This document shows positions 26,001 through 35,767 of a stretch of DNA of 64,000 bases, piece by piece. The position numbers and the translations under genes are program-made. Location: positions 44,144,001-44,208,000 of the forward strand of contig NC_083289.1 in NCBI RefSeq assembly GCF_963506605.1, in the 5' to 3' direction. A model generated the notes under the pieces. That model saw only the letters and a list, made by a program, of their open reading frames with translations, did no database searches and was not told the origin of the DNA. Each line of letters starts with the position of its first letter. The first letter of the stretch is position 1. The stretch comes from Zootoca vivipara (lineage: Eukaryota).

Positions 26001-29000
26001 CTAACTCTAAACAGTTCTGCATATGAGGGGACCCATGGTTTATTCAAACTCTGGCTACTTTTCTACAATAACTCCAGTCTGCAGCTTTAAAAAGAGCTCT
26101 ATTAAATTCCCAGGAATTAGTCAACTGTGAATGATGCATTTTGCCACCAGATAGCATTTCTTCTGCCTTACAAAGTTCACAGTTCAAAATCTACTTGGCT
26201 TGATCATAAAGACTACAAACAAAATTACCAACACAGAATCAGTCTAGAATAGTATTTAGACATAAGAGCACAGTTCAAAGTCAAACCATCAATGCAGGAT
26301 AAACAAGGAATGTGTGTCTAAGTGAAATGTACTGAATAGCTGCAGCAGCTTAAAAAAACGTGTGACTGAGCTTGCTTTCCTTTCTTCCCTTCTTTTTCGC
26401 TCACCTGTCATGTCTCATCTTTTTAGACTGTGAGCCTAAGGGTGTGCCATCTTAAAGCAACTTACAAAAATCTATTCTGAGACTAAAATCAGGGTGTAAA
26501 TGCTGTAAACCAGGCATGTCCAACAGGTAGATCGTGATCTACTGGTAGATCACTGGATGTTTGCGGTAGATCATTGGTAGATTATTGGCTCCCTCCAAAG
26601 AAGCTGAACAACTGTGGCTCCCCTTAAAAAAAGCTCAACATTTACCTCCTCCCTGAAAAAACTCAACAACTTTCACATGAACTGAAAGGGCCTTCCTCCT
26701 TCCTAAAAAAGGGGGTAGATTACTGCCAGTTTTTAACTCTGTGAGTAGATCACCGTCTCTTGGGAGTTGGCCACCCCTGCTGTAAACAAACAGGCACACG
26801 GAAGCATCAGAATGAGTAAGTTCTCATTTCTAGATTAAAATAACAAAAATCTATCTTCAAAATAAGAGCTTAAAACAGCCCTTTTGGGAACAAGTTTTGT
26901 TTTGCAACACAACCAAGGATTTCTTCAGCTGAATAAATTTCTATTGAGGAAATTACATAGGGGTGCAGCAAGAATACAACTGATCTCTCTCTTCCAGGCA
27001 GTTCTGTTTGCCACACCTTCTGTTAGCTGCCACGTCAGACTAGGCCAGGAATCCCAATTGAGAGCCTATTCTCCCAAGCCTTGATTCAGTCATTTGCTTC
27101 CAATTTTCAAATGCAGCTGGCAATACAAGCAAAAGAGCTTGCCAAGCTCTCAGATCAAGTCGGATCACAGGTTAACCCTTTCAGTTACAAATAAATAAAG
27201 GGTCTAGCATGAAAATCTATAAACAGAAGTTCCAGCAATTCAGAAGAACAACCTTGGGACTTGCAAATTATGCATAAAAACCTGCTGTTTCTGCAAAGCA
27301 TTCAGAAAAAGCACAACTATTTAGACTATCTTGTAAGGCTTCACTTTCAGAACTACAGTACTGCAAAAAGACAATGTATCTTGATTAGGATGGTAAAACT
27401 CATTTTCCCCTGCAAGTCCAGAATCTGAAAGGGAAGTTCTAGCCTCAGGAAAGCAAACTACCATCCCCTTTGCTTTAAATCCATTCATTCTATTTGTGCA
27501 CAACTGCCTCAGAATGAATAAGATGTCTGAATGGTAGGATGGGGAGAGAGAGAGAAGTCATACCTACTTCCTGCAGCTCCCTTCACATTGTACCATGATT
27601 TTGCTTGGGCTGAATGCTGCACCAGGAATTTTCTTTCACCTACTACATCAGGCATCCCCAAACTGCGGCCCTCCAGATGTTTTGGCCTACAACTCCCATG
27701 ATCCCTAGCTAACAGGACCAGTGGTCGGGGATGATGGGAATTGTAGTCCAAAACATCTGGAGGGCTGAAGTTTGGGGATGCCTGTACTACATCATTGTGT
27801 GCTAAGAAGGCACTTATTCTGTTCATTCATCTCATTTATATTACTGTGCTTTTCTTGAAGCAAGAAAGAGATGACAAAGTTATTTGACCTGAATATTCAT
27901 CATTATGGAGGAGTTAGCAAATCAGGTTGCCTAGATTTTGACTCATTCAGAGTCTCTGACTTATTACATATTCACTAGCACTATGAAATCTCTCTACCTA
28001 CAACACTATTAAAAGAAAAAGAAAACCCCCAAACCTTTTCTGCACTCCAATGGGATCTTCATCAACAAATATTTCCCATACAGAATACATAAAGGAACAT
28101 AAAGCTCTCTTTTCAGGATACCCTTTCAAAGATATTCATAGAGTTGTCCTACCCTCCCCTTTTTGAAAGACAGAGACAGTAACCTCTACGCTCTAGACTT
28201 CACATATTCCAGTGCTGTATAGGCTTACCAACTCTTTATTTGATGCAACTGCAGGAGTGGCCCCCAATCAATATATTTTATCACATATTACATCCTTCCT
28301 CCAAGGAACTCAGGAACAAAACACACGATCTCTCACATCCTTACCCTAGCAACCTGTGAGGGCGGTTACGGTTCAGAGAGGTCTAAGGCCACCTGACAAC
28401 CTCCACCAGGAATTTGAACCTGGGTGTACCTGGCCCTAGTTCAACACTCTAGCACTGAACTACACTGGCCCCACTCTGCAAGTACCCCAAAAGTTTTCTC
28501 TAGCAGACAGCTCCACTTCTCATAACCTTTAAAAGAAGTCATTTCTCAGATCTCCCCCTTTAGAGGTAGGAGGCATGGCAGGAATACCGTCCCCAAATCA
28601 GCATCACAATCCCCCCAAGCATTCCATGAGCTTCCACAATTACGCCAAACCCTTGCCAAATACAAGAGTAAGTAGGGGAACCCACCACTCCCCCCCAAAT
28701 GAGTACCCCCAAATGCCTAACCTGCTCCAGCCTCCCATAAGCTCCTCACTTACAAGAAATCTCCACCCCATCACCACCCACCCACCTCCACACACCCCAA
28801 ATTGCCCCTCATCTGACGTTCTTGCCCAACTGGACACACAGGAGACAGCATTTTTTTGTGGGAGGGGGGAGGGTTGGAAACCGCTCCACTTCAACATCCC
28901 ATAGTCAACCAAGCTTGCTCCGCCAACACACACAGAGGAGAATATGGGGGCACCATCCCCAAAGTAGGCACTCCCTCCTCAGTCAGGCTCCACCACAACT

Positions 29001-29466
29001 GAAGGAGTGGAACTACCCCCATAAAACAGGAGGGCATAGGGATCACCCCATCCAAATCCCCCCTCCACTAAAGGCAAAGATAAAAGAAAGAGGGGGTGGC
29101 AAGAGGGACGCACCCTCCCCACTCCGCACCCCGAAGTCTCTGAAAGGAAACCCCATAGGGAGGAGAGAGTGACGGGGAGAGTCACCCCCCAAAAAATCCT
29201 GCACCCCAAAATTTCCCCGCTCGTTTCGCAGTGGGTCGAGGGGGCAGAACAACCAGCCCCCCCACTCCCCCCCCGAGGCAAGGGGCCGAGGCGGATCCTC
29301 CCCCCCCCAATGGCCGGGGGTCGACGTCCCTCGCGCCGCCTCAGCCTCGCCAACCGCGCGCCGAGCCCGACGCACCGGCGCACGAGCGGGTCTTCCAGAT
29401 CTTGAGGAGGAGGATGATGATGGCCGCCAGGTGGGAGAGGTCCCCGGTGAGGCGGAAAACGTTCAT
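11037..29466 (-). CDS. KDELR2: KDEL endoplasmic reticulum protein retention receptor 2, complete 5-exon CDS, 212 aa: join(complement 29376-29466, 22710-22810, 15084-15242, 12577-12829, 11037-11071)
   Basis: Exons of 91+101+159+253+35 = 639 nt, all GT-AG and in phase; protein [31 protein letters not shown]...[11 protein letters not shown] has KDELR2-type termini. Confidence 0.97.
11300..11507. mobile_element. Tc1/mariner (Tigger-like) MITE
   Basis: CAG(T/G)GGTACCTC-type TIRs; TA flanks. Confidence 0.8.
12577..12829 (-). CDS. KDELR2: KDELR2 exon 4
   Basis: [84 protein letters not shown]; ttcag acceptor, gtaag donor. Confidence 0.97.
14443..14572 (-). mobile_element. tRNA-Lys-derived SINE, degraded
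   Basis: Same architecture as 43777-43917. Confidence 0.7.
15084..15242 (-). CDS. KDELR2: KDELR2 exon 3
   Basis: [53 protein letters not shown]; ttcag acceptor, gttag donor. Confidence 0.96.
15909..16738 (-). mobile_element. 5'-truncated copy of the same non-autonomous L1-derived family
   Basis: TSD GGTAGGGGCAG at 15898-15908 and 16739-16749; poly(A) at the left end; collinear with ~20872-21717. Confidence 0.8.
20390..21717 (+). mobile_element. Non-autonomous L1-derived retroelement, apparently full length (~1.33 kb)
   Basis: 17-bp TSD AAAGAGTT(A/C)AGAAGGCA at 20373-20389 and 21718-21734; GC-rich 5' end (GACTTCCG...AAGATGGC); AATAAA and A/T-rich tail; homologous to 15909-16738. Confidence 0.8.
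21930..22199. mobile_element. Non-autonomous hAT-like element
   Basis: GC-rich insert with TSD GAGTCAG(A/G). Confidence 0.6.
22710..22810 (-). CDS. KDELR2: KDELR2 exon 2
   Basis: (G)[33 protein letters not shown]; tttag acceptor, gtatg donor. Confidence 0.96.
23735..23935. mobile_element. Tc1/mariner (Tigger-like) MITE
   Basis: TA-CAGTGGTACCTC...GAGGTACCACTG-TA. Confidence 0.85.
24151..24330. mobile_element. Tc1/mariner (Tigger-like) MITE
   Basis: TA-CAGTGGTACCTCC...GGAGGTACGACTG-TA. Confidence 0.85.
25509..25844 (-). mobile_element. Sauria SINE
   Basis: Reverse-complement match to the 818-1168 copy. Confidence 0.9.
26511..26779. mobile_element. Non-autonomous hAT element
   Basis: CAGG...CCTG termini; 8-bp TSD CTGTAAAC; GTAGATC subterminal repeats. 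Confidence 0.85.
27649..27784. mobile_element. Palindromic hAT-type MITE
   Basis: Same TIR; perfect TSD TACTACAT. Confidence 0.9.
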
Positions 29467-30100
29467 GGCGCCGGCGGCCGCGCTGGAGGAGGAGGAGGAG
29501 GTGGAGGAGGAGGAGGAGGAGAAGCGGGGAGAGGAGCCGGCGACCGGACCGAAGATGGCGAGAGCTCAGCGGACACCGAGCGACGTGGCCCGGGGACGTG
29601 GCCAGAGTCAGCCAGCGCGGGCGCGGTGCACGCCGGGAGAAGTGGGGGGGAAGCGGAGAAGGCGGAGAGAAAGAGGAAGAACCACGCCCCCTTCTTTCAC
29701 TTGCTGCCGTTGGGCGGCGCGCGTGAGGGTTCCTTTCCTACGCACGCGCACATTCTCCCACCCACCCACCCCCGCCATCCTCGGAAAGGGCGCACGACGG
29801 ATTTCTTCTTCTGCGCACGCGCGCACATCTTCCACGCTGTAACACAAGACTCGACCTCTGCCGTGCCGCCCTTAGCAGGTGGAGCTGCGCTTGCGCTATA
29901 TGGGGAAGGCTTGTAGCGGGAGCGCGAGAGCGCATGCGCCATTTCCCCTGTTATCCACAATAGCGGGTTTTAAAAAGTCAGTTCCAGACGTGCTGCCGCG
30001 TTTGAATTGGTTGCTAAACTCGCATATGTTTTTGATCGACTGGCATTGCTCTGGCCTGGCGTATTATTGCGTTATGAGTGCTCGGGCATTGTTTTTATGC
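29200..30100 (-). promoter_or_regulatory. KDELR2 CpG island, promoter and 5' UTR
   Basis: Very high CpG density; YY1-like AAGATGGCG (29552), tandem GACGTGGC (29582, 29595), NRF1-like GCGCATGCGC (29930); (CTC)n run in the 5' UTR. Confidence 0.85.
29376..29466 (-). CDS. KDELR2: KDELR2 exon 1 coding part
   Basis: gccATG Kozak; [30 protein letters not shown](G); donor G|gtgcg. Confidence 0.96.
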
Positions 30101-30511
30101 TGAAGTCGAAATTGCGTTGGGTGTTTTAAAAAAAAAATAGAAAAGGCGGTGTGCAAATATGTTCTTAAATGTATGCTTTTTTAAGCTGCTTTTCTGGGCA
30201 TCCGAAGCCGCTCAGGCCTGCTGTTATTTTTACCATAATTATTCAGTTACATTGTAACTGTTAACAAGATGAATGCACAACAAAATCGACTTTAGGGTAG
30301 CAAAGTTTTTCTCAGTTTGGAAAAAAGAGAGAATTGCCCAGGGTCAAGTTATTATGGCGCACATATTAGCTCAAATATAAAGTACTCCAATAATAAATAT
30401 ATATTTGTCACTTTCCACACAAAGCACAGTATAAATTGTGTAAGTAGATCATTAGTGTAATTTATCATTAGACCATGCACAACTTATCACAAGGTAGTAA
30501 CAGTATTACTT

Positions 30512-30950
30512 AGAATCATAGTATTGTAGAGTTGGGAGGAACCCCAAGGGTCCTCTAGTCCAACCCCCTGAAATGCAGGAATCTCAACTAAAACATCCAT
30601 GGCTGATGGCCATCCAACCTCTGCTTACAAACCTCCAAGGAAGAAGAGGCCACCACCTTCTGGGTAAGTCCATTCCCCTATCGAACAGTTCTTACCGTCA
30701 GAAAGATATTCTTGATGTTTAGTTGGAATCTCTTCTTGTAACTTGAATCCATTGGTTTGGGTCCCACCCTCCAGAGCAAGAGAAAACAAGCTTGCTCCAT
30801 CTTCCATGTGACAGCCCTATAGATATTTGAAGATGGGTTATCATATCTCATCTCAGCCTCCTCTTTTCCAGGGTAAAAATACCCAACTCCCTCAACTGTT
30901 CCTCATAAGGCTTGGTTTCCAGACCCCATGATCATATTGGTTGCTGTCTT
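30512..30950 (-). mobile_element. CR1 LINE 3' fragment
   Basis: Nucleotide similarity to 58632-59030; CR1-type tail. Confidence 0.85.
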
Positions 30951-31464
30951 CTCAATACTTCAATTCCTTCAAACTTGATAAGCTATTACGGCTGCATCTG
31001 CCCCAAAGTTCTGTTTTGATGCCATCAGATGCTTAGAAACTTGAGATAATTTTAATCTGTTTTAGTATTATAAGTTTTGTTTGTTTTAAAATAGGGTTGG
31101 AATTTTTTAATTGATCTTATTGTGTGCAGGGCAACAACTGTTTTAGGTGCGTATGTGTGCGTAACACAACCCAGAAGTGGCTGGAACGGGTAGGGCTGGA
31201 ACGGGCAGGGAGGGAACAGACTTACATGTGCTCCACCGATGTGTGCAGGGGTCAGGAATGCAAACCGCCCACCCCTACCCCCCACCCCGTGCAAAACAGT
31301 TGTTGCCTGTTGTATGAATTTAAATAAATAAATGGGGTATGTCTGGCCCAATCTCTTCCAGGTAATTAAGACACAGGTTTTTCAGCAAGTGTTTGGAGGG
31401 GAGGCCTGATTAGACAATAAAATGTACTTTGTCTGCCACTACAGTATTAGTAATTGCTATGTAG

Positions 31465-31619
31465 CATGGGAGTATCCAGAATTTATTTTGGGGGTGGGGG
31501 GCAGAACCAAGGTATTTGTGATGCAATTGGTAAGTTAGTTAAGTATTTTTATTTATTTACTTGATTACTTTATTTACTTGATTAGCTGTTCCCCCTGCAC
31601 CTCTCTGGCTACGCCCATG
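31465..31619. mobile_element. hAT MITE with TIRs related to 3995-4579
   Basis: CATGGGAGTATCCAG / CTGGCTACGCCCATG; TSD CTA(T/C)GTAG. Confidence 0.8.
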
Positions 31620-32778
31620 CTACGTAGTGCTTTTGTTATGAGTTGCTGTGTTTTTATTTAAGGCCCCATCTGCACAGTGCAGTTAAAACGGTATTATACT
31701 ACATTAAACAGTCATGGCTTTCCCCAAGGAACCCTGAGAACTGTAGTTTATAACAAGTGCTGCTTGTTGTTAGAAGGCTCCTATCCCTGTTCATAGAGCT
31801 ACACTCTCCAGAATTTCCTGGGAAGAGGAATTTACTGTGCAGTCAATCAGTAGTAATGGGACACAGTCATCTGTTAAGTGTCTAAGCTCCAGGGAGGGCT
31901 CTCAGTCGCTGGAGTCTCAATGCAAGGAGGGGAAAGCCTTTTACCAAAACACCCAATAGAGCAGGGTTCAAGGTGCAATGAAGCCTCAACAGGGGGAAGG
32001 TAGGTTTGCCATGTGTCCTCTTTTTCAGGTGTAAAATTTCTTTCCAGGTGGATTTTTTTAAAAATTGCCGAAATGTCTCTGGCTATACTTTCTGGATGAG
32101 ACATAGACGTAACTGGTGGTTAAAGACTTGCTTTCGTCTTCTGTTCTCCTGCCCCCCACCCCAGCAATATATCACAACTTCTATAGCTTGCATATAGTAG
32201 GGGTATTTAAAATGAGAGTCGTCATAGCGTCCTCTTTTTTGCTCTTCAAAATATGGCAACCCTACATTTGTTATCACATGGGGGAACGGTTTATATTCTC
32301 GTGTTCTTTTGGAAAAACCAGGACAAGAGAGCATTAGCCTTTTCCTCCGGATGTTCCCCAAAGAATGGTATTCACAGAGAGGTATACAGACAAATGGGTG
32401 CCATGCCAACAATAACAGTCTCTGAACCTGGAGGAAGCATGTCACCATCCATGATTATGAACCATTCTCCGCTCCCTCCTCATTCTCTCTCTCTGAAACA
32501 TGTGCTGCAGCTCCTAGCAACAAGCCTTGAGTGGTGGAGGATGGCAAATGACAGGAATGCAAGGAGATTAGCAATGGGCAAAAAAAGCAGCACCTGTCTA
32601 ATTTTTATTTTCCGATTCCAACAGTGTCTCCACAACAGATGTGAAACATAAATCTATGTTGTTGTTGTTTTTTTAAAAAAACAAACAAACAAACACCAAG
32701 CAATCCATAGTTCTAAACTAGGCATTCTAGTTTAGTGGAAGGAGCAAATATAAAGGGCATGAAGCAGGGATTGCCAAC

Positions 32779-33190
32779 TAGGGCCATCTTTACCCAGGGG
32801 TGGAAGGGATGCGGGGCACCCGGGCACTGAATTCTGGGGGGCGCCAAATGTATACCGGTCCCTCTCAATCGGCGGCAGTGAAAAGCAATGGAGCGAAAGT
32901 CCCTGCCCTCCTCCTCCGTAGCTCTGTTACTCCATAGCGTGAAATATTACTGACGAGTCAGGAAACAAAAGCAGTTTTTCCCGCTGCATCATTGTTACAG
33001 GTGAGTGATTCCCCTCCCCCCCAAAAAGCTCAAGAACTTTGAGTTCGCCCTCCCCCAAAGGTAAGCAACTTTGGTTTCACCCCTTCCCCCAAAAGCTCAA
33101 TAAAAGTTAATTTGGGGGCAGCTAAACTAAATTTGGGGGCACTGGGCGGATCTTTGCACCCCGACGGCGCATATGCTAAAGACGGCCAAC
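32779..33190. mobile_element. Non-autonomous DNA transposon (hAT-like)
   Basis: Inverted ends GGCCATCTTTA / TAAAGACGGCC. Confidence 0.55.
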
Positions 33191-34113
33191 CCAGTGCCCA
33201 CAAGCACTATGGTGCCTGCAGGGCCTTTCCCCTCTAGAAAGTAAATTATAAGGCAAAATGTGCAAGTACCTCCTAAGCAATTTCTGTGAAATGAGAGTGG
33301 GTATGATGTGGTCACCTTGTGTATTTTCTGCCCCCTGGCTTTGAGGATTGCGCCCTGCTGCTGTTAGGCAGCAAGGCCGGCTCACCCATGAGGCAAGGTG
33401 AGACAACTGCCTCAGACCACAGGATCCACAGGGGCAGCAGATCCTGATACAGATCTTTATTCCCCTTTTGCTCCTGGTGTCAATCTCCACTCCCCCACTC
33501 CTTCCCTGGCAGGGAGCGGGGCGTCATTTTGTAGTTCGCCTCAGGTATCAAAATGTCTTGGGCCGGCCTATTCGACATTACCGTGTGTGTGTGTGTGTGT
33601 GTGTGTGATCAATATTGTGTGACCTTCATAATAAGGACCAGCAGCACATAGCTGATTCCCCTTGATAGGCATAAGGTTGTTCGGGGTGGATATCTCTCTT
33701 GTGTTATGCCACACTCCCCTTTTTGTGTTATGCCATTTTGTGTTATGCCCTTCTAGTCTAAGACTGATGCCTGCAGTACTCTCTCAAAACTTGAAATGAG
33801 CCCAACTGGTCCACAAATGTTGGTGACCCCTAGCATAGTGACATAAGTCAGGGATGGAGCAAAGGCAGACTCATCCTTGGTTTAATCAACTCTTTATGAA
33901 TCCTCGATCTTGAGTTCAAAAGAACAGCACCCAGGATCAAAGAAACACATGTTCCAAAGTAAATAAAGGGGCTTGTATCAGCAAATGAATTAAAACAACA
34001 ACAACATCCTGTACCGTTTAATCTTCTGGAACAGAAGCAGCAAATGTATTATCTACCATACCAGAAAAGCTGGGAGGTTTTCCAGCAATTTTAATTCTTT
34101 TAATACATTTTTC

Positions 34114-34253
34114 CAGCTCAGTACAGCATGAGACTCTTAATCTCAGGGTCATGGGTTTGAGCCCCAAATTGGGCAAATAAATCCTGCACTGCAGGGGGTT
34201 GGACTAGATTACCCTTGGGGTCCCTTCCAACCCTACATTCTATTATTCTATGA
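34114..34253 (+). mobile_element. tRNA-Lys(CTT)-derived SINE with CR1-type 3' tail
   Basis: Head resembles tRNA-Lys-CTT (GCATGAGACTCTTAATCTCAGGGTC); tail matches the CR1 3' ends in this window. Confidence 0.8.
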
Positions 34254-34329
34254 TAAACTTATCCAAATAAGCTTGTAAGGTTGTTATAAGTAATCACCCC
34301 CACCAACTTATATTTGCAGAATACAATTC

Positions 34330-34755
34330 TGTCGGGATTGTTACGGCTACTCCCGAGTAAACACACCCAAGTCTGTTCTGTCTTTAACGGTTTTATTGTG
34401 CATAGTATTTACAGTGCAGAGATAGCAGAAAACATGACCTAGCCACTCTCAGAATCCGGCAATGGCGCCCTTCTGCTTCGGGGCCAGCATAAAAGCTTGG
34501 GCACCCCGAAACGCCACCGTCTAACCTTGCGTTTGGGCACGTGCCTCAATTCGGGCGTCGGAAGCAGCTGTGCTCCCTCTCCTACTTGTTGGCTGGCTGG
34601 AGTGCTGCAGGGACTCTGATACATCGCTGAGCCGTGCCTCCTCCACTTCGCTCCCATCCTCATTTCCTCCCTCTGACCCGCTGCTGCCGCTTTCGCTGAG
34701 CAAAGTGCTGGTCAGGATGGTGGGGGGAGGCTCCCTGTAGGGAGTCCCCCTTACA
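34330..34755 (-). mobile_element. Solo LTR (426 bp)
   Basis: TG...CA termini; perfect 5-bp TSD AATTC; AATAAA on the minus strand near 34395. Confidence 0.85.
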
Positions 34756-35375
34756 AATTCAATACAAAATTATTGAAAAAGGTAATTCTGGAGGATTTTT
34801 TAATTTTAGAATAGCATACAAATAATTAAAAACACTTTGTAGACCACACAGGGTTTCATCCCTGACAACCAAATTGCAGTTGAAACATTTACTTTGTAAG
34901 CATGGTAATTCATTTTGGTTCCACAAGAACTTTTGCCATTAACGAAACAAATGGAATTTTCACAGCATTTCTAACATTAGGTTTCAACTGCTAATCCAAA
35001 AGAGAGGGTGAACAAAGAATTTTTTAAAAAAAAGAAAACAATCCTGCAACGTGTTAATTGATCACTTAGCATAATGAACATATTGTAATCCATATTTCAA
35101 TGAGGCATTTTGGCTTCTTGGAGAAAGTATTGTGCCACCTGCTTGCTTCCTTTTGAAGTATCATATAGATTGCATATATGTTATCAAATGCTGATCATAT
35201 TTAAGCATAATCTCCATTTTTTGCAATTAAAATAATCAAACGTAGATTAAAAGATTATATCTAACCACAGGTCACCTTTAAAAAAGTGTGCCCTGACTCT
35301 TAATAAAGAAGGGGGGAACAATTAAAACACAGAAAAACCACATGGTTGTCTTTTCTGGACTATGGTGTTGGACTG

Positions 35376-35767
35376 TAAAAGGTAAAGGTAAAGATAAAGG
35401 ACCCCTGGACGGTTAAGCGCAGTCAAAGGATGGGGTTGTGGCGCTCATCTCGCTTTCAGGCTAAGGGAGCCGGCATTTGTCCACAAACAGCTTTCTGGGT
35501 CATGTGGCCAGCAGGACTAAACCGCTTCTGGCACAATGGGACACCATGACGGAAACCAGAGCGCACGGAAACGCCATTTACCTTCCCGCTGCAGCAGTAC
35601 CTATTTATCTACTTGCACTGGTGTGCTTTTGAACTGCTAGGTTGGCAGGAGCTGGGGCAGAGCAACGGGAGCTCACTCCGTCGCGGGGATTTGAACCGGC
35701 GACCTTCTGATCTGGTGGCGCTGTGGTCTAAACCACTGAGCCTCTTGGGCTTGCTGATCAGAAGGTC
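35376..35767 (-). mobile_element. Sauria SINE (divergent subfamily) with inverted 5' head
   Basis: Body on the minus strand to 35712; head on the plus strand at 35714-35767. Confidence 0.85.

Noticed and set aside
11037-29466. KDELR3 or KDELR1 identity (MNVF start)
   Set aside because: The remaining sequence ([36 protein letters not shown]) and the DAGLB neighbour indicate KDELR2
29231-29916. 203-aa and 161-aa plus-strand ORFs
   Set aside because: Antisense to KDELR2 exon 1 in a CpG island; low complexity and no recognisable domain
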